In this document: piece by piece, positions 12,241 to 25,400 of the stretch | Layout of the letters: each line of letters opens with the position of its first letter | Numbering within the stretch: position 1 is the first letter of the stretch | The notes under the pieces: model-generated | Databases searched by the model: none | The model's input: only the letters and a program-made list of their open reading frames with translations | What the model was told of the DNA's origin: nothing | Translations under genes and position numbers: made by a program | Assembly (NCBI RefSeq): GCF_000143415.4 | Contig: NW_003314265.1 | Coordinates: 2,497,181 to 2,561,180 of the forward strand | DNA: 64,000 bases | Reading direction: 5' to 3' | From: Selaginella moellendorffii | Taxonomy: Eukaryota; Plantae; Lycopodiophyta

Positions 12241-14539
12241 GAATGTTGTTTCTGACATGCATTCTCCAAAGCTTGCTCTCACTAAGTTTTTCTTCTTTTT
12301 TGCAGTTCTGTCGTTTTAAGCTATGTGATTATTTCGTTGGAGTTACGTTCCTAGATTGAATTGATCACAGCCCAAGTCAATCGCTGCGAAAGTCATCTAC
12401 TTTCAGGTTAACTTTGCTAAGGATACTCTTTCTAAGGATACTACTATTATGTTAGAAACACAACAAGTTCTTGTGAGGTATGATCACTTTTTTTCAATTT
12501 TTTTAATGCCATGAATTCATAGCAAAAATCAGAAGGATATGAAAAATCATGGAGGATATCTTGTAGTTGACATTGACCAAGTCAAAATCAAATAGCTTTC
12601 AAAATTCACTTTTTTCTAACTATTGAGTTTCTGCTTTGTTCACCAGTGGTATACTTGGTTCTTTTCGAGGTTGCACCTCATCCACCTTGGCAACATCTCA
12701 TGTGGAACATAACACTGAAAAAATAATTTGAGGAAGAAAACCAACTTACTGTCGATTGTGCGAGACCTTGCAAATTCCCTCTTGAACTTGTTTTCCTTGT
12801 GATACTTAAGAGGCTGTTGGAACAAATCCAAGAATGGCCCTATTGTGTTCCTAACCTTCTCAAATCCCAAAGCTATCCAGTCATCCATTATGTTCTTTAT
12901 ATATGGACAATGATAAGAGTTCTAGCACCCATTTATACACAGCTCAAGTGTTTAGTAAATTTCACTCAAGCAAGTGAAATAATGCTTATTAAATATTAAT
13001 CTCAAAACCTAGTATTGATACCTTGTGATAATTGTGAAGGTAAACTCAACTCAATTGGCAGTATTAGATCATAACCATTGAAGCACTAGTGGAACTCTAT
13101 ACCCCTATAATATATGCAAGATTCAGACCTTTAAAGGGATGATTATGAAGTATATAAACTTTCATTATTCAGATTAGGATGGTTATTTGTGGTGAACCAT
13201 TCCATAAAACCATATGTCTATGGATGATAAACACTCATAAAAGTGTGATGTATCTCTAATCGAGACATTAAAACATAAAATGCCTCAATTATAAATATAA
13301 GATTATTATTTGAGCTCTAAATAGAAATATTAGAATACCACTTGATTGAGGAAGAAGTACTCAACAATAGTAGCAAAAGAATCAACTTCCATCCAACAAG
13401 TCAAGTAGTTGGAGTCAATAATAATATACTTATTGCAAGTAGTTGACTATGGAAAATGTCCCATCAGATCAAATAATATGCAAGGTTTATTAAACAAAAT
13501 GTAATATTTTAGTTATTTCATTGATCATTTTTCTAATCATGCTACACTATTGTGAACATTGCTGAAGTCATTAACATCATTTTTCATATAGTATATAGAT
13601 TGTGAATAGACATTTATAGATCTTAAAGGGTTGTTGATAACTCTTTTAGTATTGGTGTATCCTGAATACACTCAACCTTTTATTTTTTGCATAAATACTT
13701 TTAATATCAATTTTGAAATTGTGTTGATGCAAAAAAGCCTAAGTGTGTCTAGTTAGTGCCATCCCATAATATACATTAGCTGTATATTATAACCAACAAA
13801 AGTGAATTATTCCATATGAGTGTTTAGTAACCTTTATGGGTTTTGAGAAGCTTCATGCATAGTTTTATGGTTCTCAAATATTATTAAAAGGTGATCATAT
13901 TGTGATTACTTCATTATTATAGTGGAAGAACTTGGTTGATAGTATTATTCAGTGGGCTCTAAAGTTTTAGATATATGATTTCAAGGTTGTTCATTATTCA
14001 GAGAGTTCTATAACTAATACTGATGCCTTTTCTTAAGTTATTCTCCCTTCATCACTCTCTTCTTTTGGTTTTGATAAGCCTATTATTCTAGTATCAATGG
14101 ATTTCTTAAACAAGGATTTTATGTCTAACAATTGCTGTATATAATGTTTAGTGTTTTTTTTAAGGTGCAGAACAATATTTACTTTCCCTTGATAAAGTTT
14201 GTAAAGCTCAAAAGATTAAACTATGGATTTGAAAGTTTTATGAGTTTATATTACTTGTTGATGACTTGCTATTTTGGCATTTACATTCTTAATATAGTTT
14301 TAAGGATGATCTTCTTTATTTTGTGGGGACTGATTCTAATGATCATTTATAGTTGGTGGTGCCTTAGATATTTATTTCACACTTTCTCTATACTTATCAT
14401 AATTCTCTTATTCTAGCTAGGCATATAAGACATTGGCGTGTGATTGAGAAGTTGCACATGTCTTTCTATTAGTTGAAGATGCAACATGATGTTACGTAGT
14501 ATATGTATAGTTGTGTTTGGTACCAAGCTCGTAATACTC

Positions 14540-15200
14540 CTCTTGAAGATAGTTGGAGTTAATTAATTTTTTGTCCATTTGAGTTGGTGGTATTTACATA
14601 TTTCAGAATATATAATTTTAGAAGAGCTAGAAGTTTATTAGAATTAATTTGCAAACCTTCATGAGAAATATAATACCTAAGATAAGTCATGTTCTTGGAC
14701 CCAAACACGCACTTCAATTGCTTTAGCTTTAAATTAACTTTCTGCAATTAATCTAACACTTTATGACCATCATAAATGTGCTCTTCCCACATCCCCTCTT
14801 AATGGATCAAGATACCATGAATGAAGTCAATAGTCATCTCCAATATATTGTAGAAAACTTTATCCATCATCCACTAAAAAGTCATTGAAGCATTATTCAA
14901 ATTGAATGGCATCACAAAGAACACATACAAACCAAATAGCATATGAAAAACAATCTTGGGAACATCTTCCTTAGCCATTAGCATTTATCAGTACCCAAAA
15001 GCAAAATCTAACTTGGTGAACCAATAACTTTTTTGTAAATGATTTTGGAGATTAGCAATATGAAGAAGAGGGTATATATATGAAATAGTCATTTTGTTTA
15101 ACAAATAATAGTCAATGCAAAAGTGAATACTCCTATTAAGCTTCGTCATAAGATAAAGTTCACACGTCTAAAGACTTTGAGACTTTTGGATAACACTTTT
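14540..15200 (-). pseudogene. Very degraded Gypsy reverse-transcriptase remnant
   Basis: Minus-strand reading gives RT-like fragments (KLDFAFGY, EDVPKIVF, VMPFNLNNA, LKLKQLKCVFG..YL.YYIS..G) with many stops. Confidence 0.6.
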
Positions 15201-16919
15201 TTCTAACATTTATGTAAAATTTTGATCTCCTTTGGTGGCTAACACCAAACAAAAACCTTCATCCCCAATTGAAATAGGATGATGTTTTTCAATCTTAGCC
15301 CTAGACAAAGTTAAAGAGATTAGCATACTCCTTTTTGAGTCAGTCAATTGCTGCAAGATAAAAACTGTTAGAGGGATATGGAGAGGGAACAAAGGAACAA
15401 GATGAAAACACAATAGAAAGTAATGGAGAAATAAAAATGATGGAAGCAAAAGTAGAATTAAAGAGACAAAGTAGAATAGAATGGAAGAAATATGAAGAAG
15501 TATGAAACAAGGGGAAGAAGCCTCAAAGTTACACTTAGTATGATTGTGTTGCAACTAATTTATATTATAGATGAGGTTAAAAGCTTGACTCAACACCACC
15601 CACAATAATTGAAGTTCAAACTCAAAATCACATATATGCACAATTAGGTTTGCATCATTTTGCACACATGCAAATGTATAGCTATTGTTATAAAGAATGA
15701 AGACTAGCTTTGCCATATGATATAATTGTAAATAACAATGTATGGCAATACACTAAGCAATAGAACATAAACTCAATTATATATCAACTAATATGGAGAG
15801 AAGAATAAGTGACTTCTTGTTATAAAAATAAGCTTAAAAAGTAAGCACTAGATGAATCTTTGTGTCAAAACCTTCCACTACAGTAACACAAATAGAACAT
15901 TATTGACACCAAGGCCTCCACCTAGAAAATAGAGGACACCAATCCTAAAATATTGACAGGATCAGGCAACAACATCATCAACCTCTATCAAAATAAAATC
16001 CTATAGTGACAAGTGGAAGAGGTGATATCTTATAAAGTTGTGCTAATTGAAGAGCATCACCAAGAATAGCTAAAGTAAGTGCATAGACAAGTCCCACAAG
16101 ATTTTGACAAAGTGCAAGCCACAACATTTCTAACTTGATCCACTTTGATATATTTGGCTTTATACGAAGCAAAAAGCTCTAAAACTAAATACCAAATTGC
16201 ATCATTGACTTAGACAACCCTTAATGAAGACGATGCCATTGTTAAAAGGCATTATCATAATCATTAGCATGTCCAAATGTGCACTTAAAGACGTTTGAGA
16301 AGATGCTCAAATCCATATGAGTAGCTATGCTCAAACTATTATACCATTGTAGCATCATCCTTTGAAGACACGTGAAAAACTCATATAGATGCCGAGCATC
16401 ATCCCAAAAATAATAGGTAGCAATCACTGTAAAGTGATCGAACCAATGATACATATTATCCCCAGAAAGAGTAAGAGGAATTGTACGGCATGCTATAAAT
16501 CAACTAAGTCTAATTGTTTAATTGCAACCATATACTTTAAGTAACTACATAATTGCTACTCTATAGAGTCAAAGGAGGAGGAAGCTGTTACTTTGTCATA
16601 AAGATGGAAAAAAAAGAAAGAGAAGAAACTAAAAAAAACTATAAGTGAGATTTAGATAATATAAAAGCTAAATCTAAACCAAAAGCCCAAATCCAAACAC
16701 TCCTTAGGGACAATCAAAAATACCCCTCACCTTTATTAATATAAGTGCATGGAATATAGAAATAAATTTCAAAAATATGCATATCAATTAACTTGAAAAC
16801 CTTAGCTTATATCCAGGAGTGAGTGGTCCGGATTGAAACCAATTTGATAGCTACCAAAATCTCACCATGCTAATATTAGTATATAGATCATAGCTGTACA
16901 CTTTGGACTTCACAACATT

Positions 16920-17558
16920 ATTTTTATATTATCTTTTAATTCAAAAACTTAATATTGAATAAACAAATTAAGGGTTAAAGCATATTTTGTCACGTCTGGA
17001 AATGGCACTTGCCCTCCAGGATTTGCACCACACAGCTCATCACTAGCTTAGATCCTGGATCCTGGCTGATGCACCACATCAAGATCTTGAGCACCATCTT
17101 AAATTGCTCCCAATCCATGTTGGCAATGCTCTCCAGCTCCAAGGTCATGTAGATCTTTTCAATTTGTTGTTTGGATCAACTTAGTGAAATCCAGGAGGAC
17201 AGCTGCAAGTTTCTGTGGGCCTGTAGGTGCAGAGAGCAAAAGGTCCACATGTTCCAAAGATGTCGGACTTGTGCATGATCGCTTGCTAGACAATGCTCCA
17301 GGAGTCACTCTTGTTCTTTGGGCCAAAGCTGTAGATCCTGAGATTGCCATCATCGTCTACTGTAAGTCTCCTCAACACATTTGCATCATCATAGTCTGTC
17401 CTGATGCCCAGCTCTTTCCAGTTGTGTTGTAAAAGGAAAGGACCCCTTGAGAGCTGAAGTTCAAGACGGCCAGGAACTTGAGAGAACGATCAGGCTGGCA
17501 AGCGTTGTTGTTCAAGATGTGCTCTCTGGTTTTGTCATGCAAGTCATGGTGGAGTTCA
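16920..17558 (-). pseudogene. Internally deleted paralogue of the S-domain kinase
   Basis: 16920-17152 matches the 3' end/UTR of the gene at 10446-10692. 17335-17558 matches 11379-11626. Between them is an EGF-like stretch (IFGTCGPFALCTY..TCSCPPGFH). Confidence 0.85.
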
Positions 17559-18010
17559 GGACGGCTCGAATGTTTGGTCAGGCTCGGGCACTTCAGTGGG
17601 TGCTGTCAAGGGTGTTGGTTCAGGCTCGGGCACTTCAGTGGGTGGCGTCAAGGGTGCTGCCAGTGGTGTGTCCAGTGGTGTTGTGTAGTCATTGTATTCT
17701 TTGCGGATGTCCAAGACTGGTTCATTGAAGTTAGCTTGCGGTAACAATTCGTGTCATATGTAATTCTCTCTCTTAGAGGGTTTGATAACTTGATTCAACT
17801 TCTCTTGGTCTTTCTTTCTCTGTGTTTCTAAATTCTTAAAATTTCTATCTAAATGTCAAATAAGTTATTGTTGGTCTTCTTCTGACTTGCTGGATGTTCT
17901 TCGTGGTTTGGGATATATGCGTTCTTCAACTTGTTGTCAGTGTCATACTTGTGTCCACAGATGAATTCTATGTTGATCCAAAATGCTGAAACAGCTTTAA
18001 TTTCATATAG

Positions 18011-18325
18011 CAATAGAAAATAAAACAACTCTAATTGTCCTAAGGGTTGTAGAAATTCTTCCCTATGGAGAAGTATGCCATTAGTCAATTGAACAAAGTG
18101 ACTTTGGGGAAGGAGGTTTTGAGTCTTCTGTCGGATGAGTTCCTGAATGTCGTTGGGGAGTGTTCAAACTTGTTGGAGTAGTTGTGTCAAGTCGGTCATG
18201 CAGTTGAGATGCAAGAAACTCCAGTTGACCAGTACCTCCATCAGTGAATGCCCTTGGCAACTTCATTGGCCAACTTTGTTCTGAGGAGTGCGGACCATAG
18301 TTGAGCTCACGAGTTGAGCTCAATT
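18011..18325. repeat. Left arm of an inverted repeat paired with 34857-35793 (candidate Mutator TIR/subterminal region)
   Basis: 18011-18205 is the reverse complement of about 35603-35793. AGTTGAGCTCACGAGTTGAGCTCAATT (about 18299-18325) is the reverse complement of 34857-34883. Confidence 0.75.
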
Positions 18326-18901
18326 TTCAATTGTAATTTAGTACAAACATTATAAACTTTAAAATTTTAAAGTTATGGTGAACCTAATAATTTCATAACT
18401 CTCTATATATTATATAGATAAAAATGTTTTAAAGGACACCTCTTGTTCTAATAATTTAAATATTTACTACATGCAATGATAGGGATGTTTGTTAGAACAT
18501 AAAATAAAATGTTTGCAAAAAGAGTATTCTTGTCACTTCTTTAAATTTGTACTCTGTGCTTTCTGGCTAGTAAATGTTAGGTTTATTAGAATTTTAAAAT
18601 TATTAAATTGGAATTAAGATTCTATATAAGGACATATAACCATTTGAAAGAAACAACTGTGATGGTACATATGCTCTCACAATACATTGTAACATCATAC
18701 ACCTGAAAGACTATCATAAAATATTTTTTGAGATGGTAAAGACAAAAATGGAGACTCACAAATACTATGGGCAATATTGCGAAAAGAACCTCGCAAGTAT
18801 ATGAAATGAAAAGTGAAATAATAAAATATTTTTATTAATTATATAAGGTATAATTAGTTTATATTATTGATAGAGAATAAACATCGATAGTGCTGGAAAA
18901 T

Positions 18902-21346
18902 CTAATTAGCTCCAAAAGTTTTCTGCAACTCGGCAATAGTAAGGCTTGCTTGGTGTATATGAATATCCACTTTAGGATCCTGGTGCAAAATATTGATGAA
19001 GATGTAGTACATATGCTTGCAAGGAGCATATGCCTTCCCATGTTCCTCGCACTTCGTAAAGTCTGGACATGTGTAAGAAGGAAAGTCTTGAATGGCAATT
19101 GTGTACCCTCCACCTTCTGTTTTGACTATATATTCCTTTGCGAGCGCAGTGATGTATTTCATGGAGAGAATCTCACACTCAAGTGTTTGAGCCAAGTTTA
19201 TTTTACCTTGCTTCTGCTTGGAGATGGTACCAATAAATTTAACTGCCTTAGCTTTTCTCGCTGGCCTCCTATGCATCTTTGTAGGAACATTTTTGGTTTT
19301 ATCACTCATGTCTCCAACTCTCCTTTCAAGATTGAAACCAGATTTCTCAAGGTTTTCAATCTCATCCGAGGTGAGCGCAACCTCATTAGCAACCGGCCAT
19401 TCTTTAGGTACTGCATCAGGTTTAGTCACTATAGTGTCTTCAAGCCGCTTTGTATGGTTGACATCAGAGTTGCAGCAATATGACCAACACCATCTTGAAA
19501 ATCCTACTTGCTTTCGTTCCCCATGGAAACATGGGGTTGGAACAGAAGCAAACTTGTCACCACGGATCCAAGCCCAACACTTGCCCCTTGGAAGCATCCC
19601 CTTACACACCTTACATTTGATTTTGCTGGCACTCAATGGATTGCCCATTGCTTCGGCTCCATGCTATGATAAGCAATTTCAACCTACTGTGATGCAATTT
19701 CTTCATCAGCCACTTGAGGTGGCTCGGTTCTGGGGCGATGTCTTGGAGTAGAATGATACTTAACATTAGGCCTATGAGAGCTTTTTGCTCCAAGATCCGT
19801 GCCAACATCTTCACCAGCAAAGGAAAATCGATACTTTGAGCGGACGGTCTTCATATCACCAATAGAAGCCCGAGGAGTGTACTCCATAGATGTACTGCGG
19901 ACCACTTCCTCCACTGCAGTTGCCATTGTTTGTGCTGGTGGAGTCACTTTCTTCTTCATCCAATCATGTAACATCTCAACCGAAGGTCCTGTTCCCATGT
20001 ATCTTCCTTCCTCAAATGCCAAGGCTTTTGAAGATTGCTCTACAGCACGTATCAAATCTGATAGACATGCTTTATATAGACTCATCTTCCCTTTCTCTAC
20101 CTTAGAGGAACGCCAGCTCCAATGTTTGCTCTCTAAGAGATTCACAGTTGGGGTGTATGCAAGATCCTCAAGTGGTTGATCCTTATAAAAAGATGATATT
20201 AAAAAGCAATAAAAAGAGAGGAAAAAAAGAAAAACCAACTTGAAAAGAGTGATGTCCCCATTGGAACATTCTAACTTCCCACCACCCCAACCACGACTCA
20301 AGTTGTGGTAGACAACTTACGTCAGTATGGCCATCTTCACGCCACCACATTTGGATCTCGTTTGCTTTTGCCTCATGCTCTTCTTCAGAAGGTGCAACCT
20401 GCCATTGTTTGCACAACTCCTTAAATGCTAATTGGAAATCTAGCTTGATAAAGTGGCAGTGTTGGTTTAGGCTCTAAGCCCAATAGAACTCACAAGTCCT
20501 CTCACAACCTTCTAGGGGTAGACCATTCCCAAAGACTACCCGGACACCATTCCAATTAGCCCCAACCCCATTTGCTATGAAACTGCGAAACTTGGCAGGC
20601 TTACCAGTTCGCTTCAATACAATGTCGGAGAGGGACTTCCAAAATATTTCCTGAGCCATCTGGTCTTGTACTTTAAACTTTGCCATTGCAATTGTCAAGT
20701 TACAACTTAGCCTGTGAAAAGTGCAATGTTTAAAATCATTTTAAGATAATGAGAAAAAAAACTACCTTGGATCATACACATGAGCTCCCATAGTTGTCCA
20801 ACCCACCACCCACTCTATATGGTCAAAATGTACCCATGCATTAGCAAGGTCACTCGACCCAAACATATCCATTCGGGAAACAAGATCCACATCAGAGGCA
20901 AGGTCCATAGTAGACATTTTGAAAACGAAGGGGCACTCTTGCTCACTAACGACTTGATCTGAAAATAAACTCCCATGGATAAACTCATAAAGACAAGTCT
21001 GTTTTAGTTCAAGGATTGAGTCAATTTTTTATTGGAGTTTCCCCTCTCGAGATTCACACATCCAAGACTTTATCCTAAATAAAACAAAATGTAAGAGAGA
21101 TATTATTGAAAAGTATGTAATAATATTTTCATACCTCCTGAGGCTAGTTGCAGGTTGCACATGTCGTAGTAACTCCCACAAGCTAGCCTCGTCCAGTTGA
21201 GTATTCTTGCAGTCCGGATCAAGTAAAGTATTTGCGATAAAATCCTTGAGCACTGTCTTTTGAACATGCTTCGGAGTTGCAGATGAGTTTCTCACAGTTT
21301 CTATCTGTACTGCATCTTTGAAATGGTTGATTGAACTCTTTTGTAT
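18902..21346 (-). pseudogene. Mutator-like (MULE) DDE transposase with SWIM zinc finger, multi-exon, 5' end lost at the LTR insertion
   Basis: WVHFDH (first D, about 20830); FIANG..ANW.GVR.VF...CEFYW (second D decayed to N, CxxH-type motif decayed); VNLLESKH (E); SWIM-like YTCPDF...PCKHMYYIF. Short introns and stops. Confidence 0.85.
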
Positions 21347-22494
21347 TGTCGCGAATATGACTTCGGGTATCGAAAGTTACCTGTCGGCTAGTCCTTACGG
21401 ACATTCTTACCTTACTGCCACGATGGCAGGAGGTCGGTATTGCTGGTTTCCTTTATCAGCCCCTCTTGTTCAAGTGTTAGTAAACTGGACTTAGCATCTG
21501 TACTTGGCCGGATGAGCATAAGGACGGAATTCCTAAGTGTCTATTTGGCCAAGCATACTTGGCCCGGCTTTTTAGTTCTCTTTTGCTCTGTCTTGCACTG
21601 GCTTGGCAAGAACCCTCGCATATTGAGACTAGTCCCTCAATATCGCCGGATGATAGCTTACCGTGTCTGCCAAACACCCTCGCTATCACACCCTTTGTGT
21701 TGGTCTCATTTCGGTCCCAAATGCTATTTATGGAAAGTGTCTAGATTAGCTCATTTGGCATATCTACGGAATGTAGAGATCGGCCTGAACACAATGGTGT
21801 TCGTTCCGTGTCCAAATTCGCAATCTAAGGACATTCCATATTTAGTAAGTTTCGGACTTGTCCCAGAGACTAACTCCTGGTACTAAGGGAGGCTTGGGGT
21901 GAAAGCCCAAAGCGTATGTCCCTCAAGGGGGGGGGGGCTGTGGGGGGTTCCAAATGTATAGTAGGGATAGTGGGTAGGTCGGGCATGGCCGACCAACCTG
22001 AGGCATAGTCTAGCTCCCGCTTGCGTGCCTATTTTTGTTCTGCGTCCGGCTTGGGTCTATGCCCAAGTTCCATTCCATGCTAGTTGGTGGAGTACCCATA
22101 TCCTCACGTTAGGCCACCGGTATGCCGAAATAGCGCCAGACTCCGTTTGGCTCCGTTTTGCGTGCTAATCCTGGCATTGGGATGCTGGTTGCTCCAGGAC
22201 TGTTTCAAGTCACTCCGGGCCCCTGTCCCTTCGCTCCTTGGGCTTTATGCTCGGGAGTTGCTCCGTGGTTCGGTTCCGTCACTCCTTGGCTCCATGCTTG
22301 GGAGTTTGGCACCGTTCCTTCGTTCAGTGGCCCAAGGCTCTGAACTTCGGGTTCCTATGGACACGTGGCATGGACACGTGGCATGTGACACGTGGCATCT
22401 GTCACGTGGCACAAAGAGGGTTTAGGTTCCGCTTCATGGTGTTATCCTATGGTAAATCACCATAGGATAAAGGGTCAAAACCACGTGCGCTACA
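21347..22494 (+). repeat. 5' LTR
   Basis: About 98% identical to 27467-28554 (roughly 17 transitions counted by eye). Confidence 0.95.
22359..22411. promoter_or_regulatory. Array of four G-box/ABRE motifs (CACGTGGC) in the LTR; five copies at 28479-28545
   Basis: GGACACGTGGCATGGACACGTGGCATGTGACACGTGGCATCTGTCACGTGGCA seen directly. Confidence 0.75.
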
Positions 22495-25400
22495 TTTGGT
22501 ATCAGAGGATGAGTCTCAGCGAGTACTATTCAATGAGATTGGGCAACTAGTCTCATTGCATACGCAGAGATGAAAACGATGATCCGAGTGGGTACACGTT
22601 TGGTGCAATGGGTTCGCATTCGTTCCTTGGGTATGGTTTTGGTTACCTTTTGTACCTAATAGTGTGAGCTTGCTCTTGGGCTCATAGGATGGATTTGAGA
22701 TGCTCCGTTAACACGAGTTTACACTTGGGCTCGTGAGTGAGGCATATTAGCAACTCGAGATTAAACTTTGAGTTGGCAGGATTAATGTTAGCCTATCGGT
22801 GGTTCCATGAGTTGTTCCATGTACCGTGGGTAAAAGCAAACCTCCCTGAGTTTGTTATGAGTGGCAAATAGGCTGGTCCGTAGCTGTTTAGCACGGCACT
22901 AGTGGATCCTTCCTAGGCATGGTTACAAGTGGATCAGTCAAGACTGTAGGGATTAGTCTATTGGTTCAAGTAATCATTGTTGTGCTCTCTCATAAACTTT
23001 TCTTGGATTGGACTGAAGGCAGTGCAAAAGCAAGCTTGAGGTTTGGTCAAAAAGATGAGACCGAAAAGAGAGTCATCGGGGACGAAGGATCAAACACGTA
23101 AATCATTTTCTCTTCTTGGAGAGATGATTTGCAACGAGGTGTGACTCATTGCTCGTGTTCACATTATGCAATCAAGAGTCCCTATCTTGATGCATGTTGG
23201 AAATGATGGTCTTACAAGTAGTGAGTCATGGGATGGATAGCAGTGAAGCGCTATACCATTTTGTCTAGGCTTGCTATTGGAAGACTTGAGTTGCAATGCT
23301 CAATTCTTTTCCGGGGAACCTTGCTATTGCTCCTTGAGTAGCTTGGTGTTGGATTAGTTTTGAGTTTGGTTGGATAGAGAGTGGCATGAGCTTGTCCGTG
23401 TTGTGAATAAAAGTTAGTGGTATTAAGTGTTATAAATCTCTATTGGTCGGGTGTGGCATTTATGTTGCATTTTGTCGAATTGAGTTGACACTTGATATTC
23501 ACATAAACTTTTGCAGTAGTGACATGGGCATTGCCCATAGTGTTGCTTGATTGATGATCAAGTCATTGTGATTTATATCATATCCATGTGATAATGAGCA
23601 ATGTGTTTACGAAGTTGCTTGGGTAAATGATGATCAACCCCAAAGTGGTTGATGGAGAAGCTAGTCTACTTACACGAAGTAGCATTGTAGTAGCTTTGAT
23701 GGGATTCTCAATAGTGGTCCATTATGCTAAGCTTAAGTTGGTATGTTGTTCCTTTGAGAGTTGGCCCATAAGGTGTTAGAAAGGGTTATAGCATTCACTT
23801 GCTATGCCTTGTCGGTTTTTCCATTAGCACTTGGAGTAGATTATTGGATGGAGAAGGTGTGTAGTTGAGGCATTGACATCGCTAACACTTGTGTTAGTGG
23901 AAATGGCATTGTTGATTCGAGTGGTGAGGAATTTTCCTTGAGCTTGATTTTCCATGTCATTTTTCTTGTTAGTGTTTTGGCTTCACATTGGATCTTGAAG
24001 GTGGTTGAAGAAGAGTGTTAGTGCAATGTGGATATCCAAAGATGTGGTCTTCGTGATCAAGCCTTGGATGTTCCATTTGCATTTTATGGATGTCAGAGTT
24101 GAATGTCGAAAGTATGGGCAAAAAGATGTTCGAAGCTTAAGCATACTATAGGTCTTGAGAATTTGTGTTGAGGTGAACTTATGTGAAGTTGTTAGTAGGA
24201 GGAAGTTGGTTGAGTCTTGAAAGTTTGTATTCCTAGACTGAGAGTCATTCTTTATCTAGGATGGAAAATTTTCCACAAATTTTCTTAAGCTTTTCCAATG
24301 GCTGATCTGTTGATGACTTTGTCCGAAAACCTTTCCATTTCGTAAGCCAGTACAAACTAGTGAAGGGGTTGGAGTTGACTTAGGTTAGCTTAGACCTTAG
24401 TAGGTAGTTTGTATAATGCGACCCGAAAGGGATGTTAGCTTTTGGGGCTAAGGCAATTGAGTTAGATAGAGTCTGGAGTTGGTGAAGAAAAGTGGCCGTT
24501 GCACTTTTCTAAGAAGGGTGACCCTTGTGCCTTTCTTTTGTAGCGTTGTGCTTGGTGGCAGGTTGCACCTTGCGTTTCGTTAAGACTCTATGAGAGTAGT
24601 GAGCTCTCACTGATCTTGACTTGGTCTTGGTGGTTTTGCGCCTTGGCTGAGGATGGTGATGTCCAATTTTATTGTTTGAGTTTGAGATGTTAGTACCCAT
24701 ACTATAGCTTTGTCCAAGTGGAGGTTGTGTACCGATATGAGTCCATCATATGGTTTTCACTTTAGTTTCGACTAAGTGTTGATCATGCATAGCTAGCCTC
24801 TTCAAGGCATGCTCAGAGCTAGTGGCTAAATGCATTGGTGAGCTTATCGCGGTTGAGTTGGATTCGAGTGGTCATTTAGTTTGTGCTTGTCTATGAACCT
24901 TTATCTCGTCCATGAGGTATTACGTTCATATTGGACAAGTATATGACTTGATGGCAAGAGTTTAGTGTTTGGGTCTTGTGAAGGCAAGTTGAAGAATGAT
25001 TGTTGGTTGCTTTGCAACTAGTGATTGCTTGTAGACTTTGTCAAGGACTGTTGATACTTGCTTCACTTGATGAAGATTTAGCAGTGATGGGCTTGCTTTA
25101 CCGGATGGTGTTGCGGAGGATCGTGTTATTAGACTTGCATGGGTTTTCCATGTTGACATAATGACTATACCTCTGTTGATATCATTTGGTTGCATTTAGT
25201 TCGTAGTGTTGGATTTCATTGAGTCTTGGACGTGGTGAATCACTCCTTGAGGAAGTGTTATCTATACCTGAGTAATGTTGAAGGATTGGTCTTGGATACT
25301 AAGTATAGTATCTTTGACTTTGGTTAGCTTAGTTGCTAGAGAGTTTTGAGTGGTGATTCACTCTTGCTTTCTTCTAGCTTTGTTATGGTGTTGATGGCAT

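Noticed and set aside
21440-22465. ORFs of 60-148 aa duplicated at 27560-28598
   Set aside because: Inside LTRs; duplication is explained by LTR identity and no protein motifs are present.
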